From positions 6,234,122-6,298,121 of the forward strand of contig MU053810.1 in NCBI GenBank assembly GCA_013239625.1: DNA of 64,000 nucleotides, in the 5' to 3' direction. The position numbers and the translations under genes are program-made. Source of the DNA: Lama guanicoe (Eukaryota). Below are positions 52,610-64,000 of this stretch, in pieces (within the stretch, counting starts at the first letter, position 1; each line of letters begins with the position of its first letter). Below the pieces are notes generated by a model. That model worked only from the letters and a program-made list of their open reading frames with translations. It was not told the DNA's origin and did not search any database.

Positions 52610-55600
52610 CTGTGGGAGAGACAAGACCAACAAATGGTGACTGTTTCTCTTCCCTCCACCTGAGAACCCAACACCAAGTGGCATTTTTAGTTATTAACTG
52701 AACAATCAGAAACATACTTGTTTTCCCTTGAAGGAGTTGCCTCCCGCTTTCTTTGGGATCAGAGGGCTGGAGTGGTTTAATACGTCCAAGATCTCAAAGG
52801 AATAATAAATGGTAAGCTATCACGAGCTTGACACCATATCTTTGACTTTCTACTTTGTGTTTTGGGAGAATGGGAAGAATCTGATGTTCGTTCCACGGCT
52901 AAAGAGTTCAGCAATACAACATTTGGGGGATGCTTTTCCCCCCCTCAGGAAAGGTAAAAACATTGGTCGTAAGACATAGCTCAGAGAATGGTGACCAAGA
53001 GACATAGCCTCACTATGAAGTTATGTATGAAAATAAGCAGATTTTTGAGACCCTAAAGCAGCTTGCTTTCTTGATACATTTATTTTTTCTAATTTCTTAT
53101 TCTCCTTTTGCATTCCTTCAGTTTATAAGATGTTTTGAAATATTCTCCCTAATAATGATGAAGAATCAGCTGAGGCAAAAAGCTGCACCCACAAGGATTT
53201 AACATTATGGAAATCAGATCACAGACAAGATTTTGCCAGACGGATAATTACAGCCCTCGGTCCTCTCTCGTGTAGGAAATTAAGCCCAAACTCTTTAGTT
53301 CAGCACAAATGCCTTTTGTCACCAGCTCTGAGGACTCATCCCCCAGTGCTCACCCAGATGGATCTGCAGCTCTGACAAGACCTAATTATTCAGTATCCCT
53401 TGGGTGTACCGTGCTTGTTTTTATCCCTTCATTCTGGTCCTCAGTCTCAGCATGTCACACTTGTTCTCTTTGCTTAGGATCCCTTTTCTCTTCCGGTTTG
53501 CATCCCACACAGACTCCAAGGCTCCACCACAGTCCTACGCCCACTAGGGAGCCTTTCCTGACTTCTACAGTCCGTTAGCATATTTTCTCTAGGGTGTAAG
53601 TACACAATCCTTATCCACAGATTCTGACTGTATTCTAATTTCCTATAGTCCCTCTCACTTATAAGAAAATACACTTCATCTTTGTACTTCAACTGTAAGC
53701 TCCTGGAGGGTAGGGACAGTGTCTTTTACTTCTTTTGTTTGTCAGCACAGCACTGTGTGCACATGGAGGGCTCCCTGAGTCTTTACTGACTGTAAAGAGT
53801 GGCAGAAGAGGACCAGCTCCTAGGATAAGGCATGCATTTAAATTATGTCCACGTGTATGCAGGATCTGTCCAGTATTTTACCACTGAAGTTTGTAAACAT
53901 ACAATCTGATCTTTTAGGTTCGTTGCTGCAAATACATAACGAGGAATGTAGATGTCAGGGAAGCTTTGGACTTATGTTAGACATACATAGTCGGCAAGGC
54001 AGTTCAGTACGGAAGCGATGCCTTCTATCACAGTTGGATTCATCTTAAATGAAGGATAGATTCAAATGGAATGGCATTATGATCATGTGACTTTTGAATA
54101 TCAACGTTTACATAATCATTGGTTTAATCCTCAAAGTACTCAACGGCAAAATCGACACGGTTCTCACCAGGCCCTAGTTATTTGTTAGCTACCAAAACCA
54201 AAGCCCAAGCCGGACTTTACCTTCATGTTCATTTCACTTTCACTTCACATCCTGAACCTCATTCCCTCATCTATACGTGAATGTGGATGGTGATGCCCAC
54301 ATTGGGATGTTCTGATTGCAGATGAACAAGTTTCTACATACCTCCCTGCTCCTTCCTTTTCCCACAAGGAGGTAATGCAAAGAGGAATGCTTCTGTTGGG
54401 GTGATCCTTTTTCACCCAAAGAGTGAACGATGTACACAGAGCATCAGGCTCATCCCAGGGAATGAATATTAAAAAAAAAATTTTTAAGTCTGGAATTAGT
54501 TCCTGAAAATGAATCTACTAGAATATATTAGCCTAAGGACATGAGAGGTATCACTTTGTGCTGTGAGTCACATGGCAAGTCGATCTGTCCCTGGGAAGAG
54601 AAATCCCAGGTTAGAAAAGGAGTTCCAAGTCCATGTGTCTGCAGGAACTGAAGGAAAAAATCATTTGTGCAAAAATCATGCTTGTTCTTTAGCACTGATA
54701 AAACGATGATAATGCTTTACTCAGTGAATTAAACTCTGATTTCATTTTCATGGGCAATGCAAATAAGAATACATAGGAATGGGTTAATTATTAAGGACGA
54801 TCAAGTCAAATTTTTCAAATACATGCAAATCAGAGGTCAAAAGACTAATGGTAACAGTCAGTATCCCAAACAGATTTTGGCATAAAGTTAAGACTGAAAC
54901 CCCCCAGTTCCTGAAGCTGGGTTGGCAGAAATCACAGCTGTCTAAATACATATGACTTTTGGTTGCTTCCAGAAAATGCTGATGAACTAAAATTAGCAGG
55001 AATATGGAACATCTACTTCATTGCATAATCACTAATTGCAAGTGAAGAAGGAAAATAAGATTCTGACTATTCTGATGAATATACAGCATTTTTTATTTTG
55101 ACTTTGTTCTAGACTTTTTTTTTTTGGTCACATTCTTGGTTTTGCTGAATAAACAAAGTTAGGAAAAGAGGGGCCGCATGTTGAAGAATTCATAAAAGGC
55201 TTAATTAACAAGAGCTGTTTGGAGATGCCTCAAGAGTTTTAGGGTATCATTTTCTGCCTTCTGCCATTAGCTTTTTCAATCTTTTAGAAAACAGTAACCA
55301 GGGAATGCTTCCATAATTTAAATCCACATTTGTGTCCTCCAACGAGGCCTCAGATTAAAGTATTATAAAATAAACTTATGAGATGTTACAGAGACATATT
55401 TTTCACTATGTATTAACAAACATTTTTGTTTTTAAATCTTGGAAGCTTGAGAGGAATTTTGAAAAATTAAAAAGCAGAATAACCATAGGTAAGATATTTG
55501 AAAACATTAAAATATCACCAATTAAGTTCCCCATTACATTGAATAACCGAGACTTGAAAAGAGTCAGATATGAGGCCAGTCTACTTCCTTACTAATGTAC

Positions 55601-55619
55601 TTTTTAAATACTTCTTATA

Positions 55620-56130
55620 AACTCTTACTATTTTATTTTTATTAGTATTTTTTAATTGTGGTAAAGTTGATTTATAATATTGTATATGTTTCACAGTGAT
55701 TCACAATTTTTAAAAGTTATACTCCATTTATAGTTATTATGAAATAACTATGTACACAGGTTTCCCCTTCCTCCAACACAGTGGGAGGCGGGCCGTTGCA
55801 TTTCTCTCCCTTCAAGGCTCTCTTTGGTGCACATTACAAACTACACTGCACCTTCGCAGAAATGTTGGGAGCAGGAGAGGATGAAAGATAAAGGGTGTCT
55901 TGCTGGCCCCAAGAGAATGTGAAGCTCAAGTCCTCAGGCTCTGGAATCACTCTCAGTGTGATTCTGGGAAAGTGACTTTTTCCTCCTGTGTTTTGGTTTC
56001 CCCATCAGCCAGACGGGGAGACCACAGTGCTTCCTGCGCTAGGCGGCTATGAGCGTGAAGTGACGTAACGCTACATCAGAGCTGAACCGGGGACACAGGA
56101 CCCACTCGGACGGCGGCTTTTATTATCACT
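55620..56130. mobile_element. Short antisense L1 3' end (~55620-55750) and a MIR (~55920-56130) in GAD2 intron 15
   Basis: ttaattgtggtaaagttgatttataatattg...aaagttatactccattta; ggctctggaatca...gtgattctgggaaagtgactt...gtttccccatc. Confidence 0.6.
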
Positions 56131-56589
56131 GCCTCCTGCTCTGTTATCTTCTGGGGGTCATCACAGCTCTAAAGACCCCACCAGGAGCCCTGACCTTGGC
56201 ATCTCAAGAGGATCAGCAGGAGCGCTGTTTTCTAACCATTTCTGGTGCCTGGAGTCTCGTCGTACTTATCATTGAGCACCAGTTTCTCCTGGCAGATCAG
56301 GCAACGTCAGCAGGTTCCTGCTGAGTCGTGAATGACAGTAGAGATACGACCTCGTTGCTTATTTTGAGATGTTATAAACATGCTCTCAGAAAACAGAAGC
56401 AAGTTGTCAGGAGTCTGGATCTGGCAGCTCTGTATGTCCTGGCTCTGCAGGACCCCACAGAGGGCAGGGGGCCCGTGATCAAGGCTGAGGATGGATTTCT
56501 TCTAAAGACACGTGGTCTGTCTTGAGGATGATGTGCACGTGAAAGGCCCAACACACACACCACGTCATGGGTCAGGGCAGCATCCTTAC

Positions 56590-56679
56590 CTTGGAGAGGC
56601 GGCTCATTCTCTCTTCGTTGTCGTCCAGGACCCGCAGACTTGGAGGCACATACCAGAAGCAGACGTTTGTGTGCTGAGG
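56590..56679 (-). CDS. GAD2: GAD65 coding exon (exon 15)
   Basis: 90 bp; [30 protein letters not shown]; acceptor ctctctgcAG, donor GTaagg. Confidence 0.97.
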
Positions 56680-57423
56680 CTGCAGAGAGGAGAGGAAGAT
56701 TCACACTCAGCCTTGACTGGCAACTCTGTAAACTCCAAGGACATTTCAAATCCAGCTTCTGGATACAATTCCTAGTTTGAAATCCATAATTGCCTTGAGA
56801 GGGCCTGACTTTCACAACCTCATATGGAGTTATTTTTTCTGAGTTTGATCTTGACTCCAGCTCAGAGTGGCTACCCCCTCATCCCTGCTTCTCCTTTGTA
56901 ACGGTCCCACTTACCTGGACAGCACACCACTAACATCAGAAAATACCTGGGATAAGAACTGGAATTGACTACACTTTTTTTAACCTCTCTCAGTTTTTGT
57001 TTATTCACTCGAAAAATAATAATACCCCTCTCAGAGGATCACTGTGGTTTTCAGATGAAACAACAAACTTAATGTCTCTGGTACTTAATAAATGGTGGTA
57101 GTTTTTCTTGTTGTTCTTACCAATGTTCCTTAAAAGCCTCCATGACAGTATCTGGTTTATATTAATATTTTAGAAGTGTTGGTTTTCTTTTTTTGCATTT
57201 CATTCTTCTTCTTTTTGAAGTTTTACAGTAAATCCTAAATCTTAGGTTACATCTGCATGAAGTGTGTGTGTGCGCGCGCACAGCCTTATAACCACAACAC
57301 AGCTCAATACACAGAACATCTCCAGTACTGAAAGTCTCCCTTATATCCCATCCCAATCGATATCCACCACCTCTCCCCAGAGATAACCACTTTCTGACTG
57401 CTATCACTCTCTGTTTAAAAAAA

Positions 57424-57513
57424 AATTTTTTTAATGGAGGTCCTGGGGATTGAACCCAGGGTCTCTTGTGCATGTTAAGCATGTGTTCTATCACTGAGCT
57501 ATACCCTCCCCCC
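57424..57513 (-). mobile_element. tRNA-derived SINE (same family, short form) in GAD2 intron 14
   Basis: Reverse complement gggggagggtatagctcagtgatagaacacatgcttaacatgcac...gggttcaatccccaggacctccattaaaaaa; begins 48 nt after the exon 14 donor. Confidence 0.88.
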
Positions 57514-57560
57514 AGGAACTAACTAAACTTTTGGGGATGGAGAAATCAGAATATACATAC

Positions 57561-57668
57561 CTTTCCATCAAACACCATTTCGTATCCTTCTCGGTTTTTG
57601 ATGATGTTGTATAAATACTCTGCCAGCTCCAAACACTTATCAATGTGTGCTTCAAACCCAGTTGTCCC
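57561..57668 (-). CDS. GAD2: GAD65 coding exon (exon 14)
   Basis: 108 bp; [36 protein letters not shown]; acceptor ...gacttAG, donor GTatgt. Confidence 0.97.
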
Positions 57669-60600
57669 CTAAGTCAGAGAAGAAGAAAGCTTAGCGGGCA
57701 GGCTGAGAGAGGTGGGTGAGTCTCGGGTGGTGACATGGGGACGGATCTCTCTGGACACGGGTGGCCCCTCTGCACTTTCCTTACACAAGACTGTGTTTCT
57801 GGAGGCTTTTCTGGCAGTCGTGTCTCCGTTAATGCTCTCCTACTCAGGTGCTTTTGTTCCCTCTCATGTCATCGCAGCAGAATCCTTTTCTATCTGAGCC
57901 TCCAGTCCCTAGGCAATTATTTTGATTACTCGAGGGGAAAATTTGCCTCTGCTGTTCAAAGGAGTAATTATGGAAGTCATTAACGACAGGAGGGATGGGT
58001 TATTCTTTTCCTGGAGCAAAAGCATTATCTGAGCCCCCCCCCCACCAGGATGCCTGCTTAGTTCCTGCCCATCAGGTAAATTTGCCATCTCCGAAGCCCA
58101 CTTTTGTTTACCAAGGTACCCCCCATAATAGACCAAATAGGGTCGCTGTTCAGTGAATATTTGTTGGACAAATGAATGAATGAATTTTAAGGGGCTGGCA
58201 GATGCTTTGTTAGCCCGTCATTTTGCAAAGCTCGTTAGATTTCTCCTTTGGGGATGCATGACTCCCGTGTCTGTAATGTGTGGACATGGTCGCTTTTAGT
58301 TGCCAGCTCCTGGGAGCCCAGGATGTGGGCTTGTGACAAGCAACACAGCAGCCCTGGACAGGAAATATTTAACAGACAACAGGACACACACTTTTCAAAA
58401 TGGCTTTCCTCCTAATAACCCCTTTGGTCTTTGTGACATACCAAGGGAAAGCTTGGAAAGACAGTTAATGCTCGTCCCAGGAACTCTGGGAACAGGCCTA
58501 GCAGTGGCTCCTCCAACCTGCAAACTAGAGGAAGCCACTGGAACAGAGATGAGATGAGCCCACTTTCCTGTTAACACACAGCCTCACTGTCTCAGCTAAA
58601 AGGGGGGACCAGTGGGGCCAGCGACTTTTAACATCTGAAACGTGTTTAAGAACAAGCCGCATTAAAGAAGGGTGGGTTGCCTTGATGGGTTCAGAAATTC
58701 ATTTCTTTGGAGATGGCCACCCTAGTTGATTGGTTCAGGCAGACTGACTGGTTTCTGATGCCCCTGGGAAGGAAGGGCCTGGGCTGACACCTGTATGGTC
58801 AGGCCAGCACCCACACACTCCCTGAGCCTGTGGGTGCCAAGGATTGGACCGACCTGGTAGTTTGGGTCCCCTTTGGATGGACCTTAGGGAAGAGGGAGGG
58901 AAGTTAACCTTTCTTCTCCAAACTGGATCCTTGGGACCATTCTAGAGTCAGATTTAAACTGGCATGGACCTGATCCAGGCTCTGTCCAGGGCCAGTATGA
59001 CTCTGACCCTGTCCAGCCACACGGCTTGGCTACCTTCTCTGGTCACGTGGGAATGACGGTGCCTGTCTGATTCCCCGCACAGAGACACAGGGAGGTAAAA
59101 ATGAATGCTCCGAAAGTGAGTGTGATTGTATTGCAAAGGGGGTGATTCTCACAGACAGGAACGGGAGTCCTCCAGCCTTCGCTAGTCTCGGACTTCACTC
59201 TGGGGATGACCAGGAGTGATGTGACTGCCCCTTCAGTCGAAGGCTGAAGAGGCCCGGGGAGGGACAAGGGGAGGCTCATGTGCCCTCAGAAGCCCGGGGC
59301 TCCTCCTTTCATGCTGGGTACTGATGGGAATAAGAGCCATATTTTATTTTCAAGGTTTTCCAGGTCTTTAGGAGATTCTCCAAAATTCATTCATTCATCA
59401 AATGCTTGTTGAATGGTTATATATCACACAGCTCTTCTTGTGAGAACGCACAAGACACATGTAAAACCTTCCCAGGCATCCCATCTCTGTGACCCAAGTC
59501 GCTGTGAAAGAAGCTGAGGGCTGGGATGGGCACTTCCAGGTGGGTGGCAGGATCCTGGCCTCAGGGCTGAAGGAGCTTCAGGAGAAAGATGTTTTATGTC
59601 TTCTCCTCCGCCCCCCTGCCAACAACCCCCACCACTTAGGATTGGTTTAGATGGCCCCGGCTGAACCGTATACTCCAGCAGGGCGCAGATTCGTGTTTCT
59701 TCTGCTCACTGTTGTATCCCTCACACCAGCAGGGCTGGGCGCGTCTTAGATGCTCAATACGTATTTGTTGACTGAATGAAGGAAGGAAGGATAACTTTTA
59801 CTCCCCGGGGCTGTGTTTTTATAAAATATGTTCTGAAGAACCATCTACATCAGAACCAGGTGAACTGTGTTGAAAGGGCAGAATCCCAGGCCCCACCCCA
59901 TACTCCTAAGTCAGAATTTTAGGAAGAGGAACACTGTTTGTGTGGCCGTCTTCTGCCACCTGTCACCCTGGGATCGCCTGTGCCTCTGTGTCGTCTCGGG
60001 ACCTGGCATTCCAAGTGCTGCTCACGATTCATCTCTTCTTCTTAAAGCCCTCACCTCATGCTCTCAGGCCCCAGAGATGTGGTGTCTGGAAGAATGACTG
60101 AATCTCTGGCTGTCAGCTCCATTGTCACTGCCACCACCATCCTCAGGCCCTCTTACTTTTCATCTGGATGGCAGAGCCCTAATTTTCCTCCAGTCAGCTT
60201 AGACTCTCCACTAGCTCAGAATACACCCTCTGTTCTCTGGCAGACCCTCTTGCTGGCACGTTCTTTTTCCAGCTCTGCTGGTTGAAATCCTACTTACTCT
60301 ACCTACCCTGTTCAAGACCCATCTCAAAGGTCACCTCTTGGTAAACCATTCTTGGCTCTCAAACTAGGAATGAGCACTCCATTTCTTAAGTCTCCAGGTG
60401 TGTCTGAGTTTCATTTATAGCCAGCTATGTGCTGTCTTTTGAGATGATTATTGGAGCATTTATCTTTCCTGCCTGGAAAGCTGTAGCCCCCTTGTCCCAT
60501 TCAACACCAGGCACAATAAAAGATGCTCATATGCACTTATTGAAACCAACGGATATTTGAGAGAGGAAGGGAACATTCAGTCATTCTGCAAAGACTGCCA

Positions 60601-63600
60601 GATATCCATTTCCCTTTAACAGTTTCCTCCTCTTATTTTTTCCCCTCAGCCATTTGCCTGTCTCTCTGTCCTCTACATTTTAATTACGAGGCTGATCACA
60701 GAAAACCATAAGGAAATCTGCCAATTTGCACAATCTTACACGAAACACAGAGATTAATGGTGAAAGCTCAGTAGTTATAATAAGCCGTCATTGCAGGCCT
60801 CAACAGGGGACTAATTTTACGTCTTTTGTTTTTTGCTTTTCTGTCTACCACTAAGCTTTAACCACTGAGGAAATCTGTCAAGGTGGAAAATAATCAAGTC
60901 CTAAGATTCCCTAATAAATGCAGACAAAATAAAAGGTCTACCCCATAAGAATGGAGCTGAGAGCAAACACAATGACTTTGCCCATGAAAGGCTGACAAAT
61001 CGTATCACGAACCACATCTCCTCCCAGCATCCCATCGGAGGCTCTGATTTTTTTCAGCATAAATTTGCTCTAGTTAAGTTATCTTGGACTCAGTAAGATG
61101 GCTGCCTTTAGTGCACTTAATTCTGTTTGTTATTAACAAGCGAAAGAGTAGTAATTTATCCTTAGATGACTATTTTTCATGGGGTTTATCTTACTAAGGA
61201 GACAGTGTGGATTCACGTGAACATTATATTCTCCAGGTGTACCTGATAATCCAGGGTTTGCTGATTAAAGACCTGTTCCTCCTCTTTCTCCTCATTATTG
61301 TTTTCGCAGACACAAAATAGAATGACATGGCCAACTCGTTTGCTGTTCTTCTCAGGAAAGGATGACTTCTGCCCTGGCTGGTGTCACTAGAGAGTTAGGG
61401 ATATTGAAGGCTAATTTTCCTCACCTCCGATCTGCATTGCAGGACTGAGCATATTACTTTAACAATTATTATTTCATTTTACAAAAAATGCAGCCTTAAG
61501 CTGAAAGCCAAATGGATGTGCCTGCCAGTTAGATGTTTAGATACTAAGGGCTTGCATAAGGAATTTTAAAAATACATATGCAGCCACTGTGATCTTTATT
61601 TTTTCTCTCTCTCTCTCTTTATCCCCTCTTCTGGTGCCTGCACTTCAGTGCTTGAGAAATGGGATTCTTTGCCTTTATTTCAGGCTCGTTTGGTCCGACT
61701 GTTTAATTGACACCTGATGTCCTCCAAGTTATTTCTCCGAGAACCAGCCAGCTGCACCACGCTGGCAAGGAGGCTTCAGATGGGAAGGGAGCAGCAGGAA
61801 CTGATGAACCATGGCAGAAACATTTTTGTGTAAATATAGCTAAAGAGTATCATCTTAATAAAAACACCACGGGAACAAGAGACACAAAGAGTGATACTGA
61901 ACAATATTTAGGACCAAGCTTTCCTCAACTTACTAGCTGATATTTATTTATTTATTTTGTCATTTTATAATGCCCACCCATCAATGAAAGAAAAAATTTG
62001 CCTGTTTTAAAACAGCCTGAGAGGACACCAATGATCCCCATTCTTGGTTGGTTTATTTTTGCCAAATTTGCCAAACAAAAGTGTCCTTGCCAACAGAATG
62101 AGTCTCATTTTGGGTGCTGGGGACCAGATATGTGTCCTTGTCAGGCTCTCACCTTTCAAAGGAGGAAGGCGCCCCCTGCCCAGCTCAAGGGACTTGCGCT
62201 CACTTGTCACCCACCTTTACGGGGAAATAACTCACCTTGGGCCTCACTCCAGGTGGTGACACTTAGCAATACTTAGAGAAAATTCGACCAGGGCAAATAC
62301 CATTATGGAGGCTTGCTTGAAGACTGTCTAGTCCAGCCACCCCCCCGAAACCATCTAAGAGTTATTTTTGCATTAAGCAAGATCATCTTTCTAGTTAAAC
62401 TGCCTTTTTCCAGGATGGGTTTGGAGAAGATTCCATAAAATAGTTGTCAATTGCATTGTTTCACTTCCAAGCGCCCTGTTTCTCTCGTTAGCCATCTGCC
62501 TCTCTAAAGTGTGTAAGGCAATTCAGTTTACTTTGGACAATTCTACAAACAACAGCTTATGGCCTGGGTGCTGTGAACATGGTTCATACCTCATACACAG
62601 ATCCGAGGAAGGACCCATTCTGTGGTCTTATCCAGTTGACCAAATATTTGCTTGTTCCTATGGGGTCAAACCCATCACCTCTTTGTGTAGTCTACTTAGA
62701 AAGCTTACAGCCAAACTGGTGGACCGTTTCCAAAACTCACAGGACCTTGGGGTATTTCTGCTTCCCTCTAATTTCTCACTTTCTCATTTCCCTCTGTCAA
62801 GGTTTCCCTCACATACTCTTTTAACAGTTGGAATTTTTTCTACCAGTTGGGTTTTTCCAGCGTGGCCCGCTGGCTCTGGCCACTGCCTCCTGCGGGAGAT
62901 AGATGAAGCCAGGTGGGAAGTCACTGATTTGTGACACTTAAGTTGGGAATCTGTTCAAAATGAAAAATGAAGTCTTTGACCTTTCCAGCCTGCTTATGTT
63001 TAATCATACACAGTGCTCTTTTAAAGCTATAACTAGGTCCAACCAATGCTGCACCATTAGTTACAGAGTTTGGTTTCTGAGTTAGGGGGGTGATAATTCA
63101 CAATTAAATTCTGAGGCAAATTGTACAAAAGGAGGTCACTAACGAGTTCTGGAGTTTTTTAAAAGCTGTATATCTAGAGGTTACCCCATGAAATGTCAAA
63201 AATAAGCAATAATACTTTTTAATTTTCATGTTTCCTTTTTGTTCTCCAAACAAAAAGATTGCATTTAACCTCCCCAAGGGATCAATTACTGGGTAAAAAC
63301 CGAGAATTGGGACAAGAACCACAACGAAGCACCTCTTGGGAATCAGGAGGTTCTGCCGGGTAAAGCAACATTAATTGGTTTTCTAGATGAGTGAGCATTA
63401 GAAGCAATGTGACTTCAGAGAAAAAAAGCACATAATGGGTTTTATTATATTCTTACCCATGGAGAATGCAGAAAACTAGGTATAGGCTTAAAGAAATATA
63501 ATCTTAGGTAAATAATTTTCAATTTGGAAATCAATTTTAACAGGACATCATAAGGGTCAGCAGATCTAGTCCCTGTTTTCAGTCAACATTGAGCCGACCC

Positions 63601-63612
63601 GCACGTGCTCAC

Positions 63613-63762
63613 CTTTGCCCTCCACATGAGCCAGAGCTTAAAAACATCGACGTGGCGCCCACACTGTAAGGCCTTGTCTCCGGTGTCGTAGGACAGGTCG
63701 TAGTGTTTATCTTGCTGAAAGAGGTAGGAAGCATGCATCTGGTTGCAACTTTGCATCAGTCC
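63613..63762 (-). CDS. GAD2: Glutamate decarboxylase 2 (GAD65), coding exon (exon 13 in human numbering)
   Basis: 150 bp; translates to [50 protein letters not shown]. Acceptor ttctctcctAG and donor GTgag on the minus strand; phase 0/0. Confidence 0.97.
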
Positions 63763-64000
63763 CTAGGAGAGAAGAGAAAATTTAGGAAACTCTACTGACT
63801 TTATCAGGCATTCTATTAGACTTACGCTGTGGTGGAAATTAGTAAGGAGAAAACAAAAAAGAATGAAAGAGGCATTGAATCTCCTAAAGAAAGAAAACAG
63901 TAAGAATCAAAGATGAAAAAAAATTAAGGCCAATATCTGGGCAGGATGGGCTGTTGTAATAGATCAATTCTATGGGCGAAATGGCTCAGGGTCAAATGTT

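Larger units (their letters stand above)
50060..54605. repeat. Direct tandem duplication: copy 1 50060-52331 (2272 bp), copy 2 52332-54605 (2274 bp)
   Basis: Line-by-line identity at offset 2272; by eye 9 substitutions and two 1-bp indels. Junction reads ...gaagagaaatc|atagaaatagat... Confidence 0.97.

Overview
Mammalian genomic DNA, most likely a camelid (alpaca/llama/camel-type tRNA-derived SINEs). The right third holds the 3' end of GAD2 (GAD65) on the minus strand: exons 13-16 with canonical splice sites and a probable ~3.4 kb 3'UTR. The terminal exon lies inside a ~2.27 kb near-identical tandem duplication. The middle holds an apparently full-length processed pseudogene of R3HDM2 (minus strand, poly-A, 10-bp target-site duplication, 520-N gap). 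A TG...CA-bounded LTR-like element is inserted into the pseudogene's R3H domain. It carries 108-bp tandem units, each matching both arms of the NXF1/TAP-binding constitutive transport element (CTE) of type-D retroviruses and foldable into a half-CTE hairpin. This element is itself interrupted by a 946-bp copy of the host pseudogene. The rest is mostly repeat-rich intergenic and intronic DNA (L1, L2, MIR, MaLR, an ERV1 solo LTR, hAT-Charlie, SINEs, a tailless half-tRNA-Lys retrocopy), plus a possible terminal coding exon of an upstream + strand gene at the left edge. All family and gene assignments come from reading the sequence and recalling reference sequences; no search was run.
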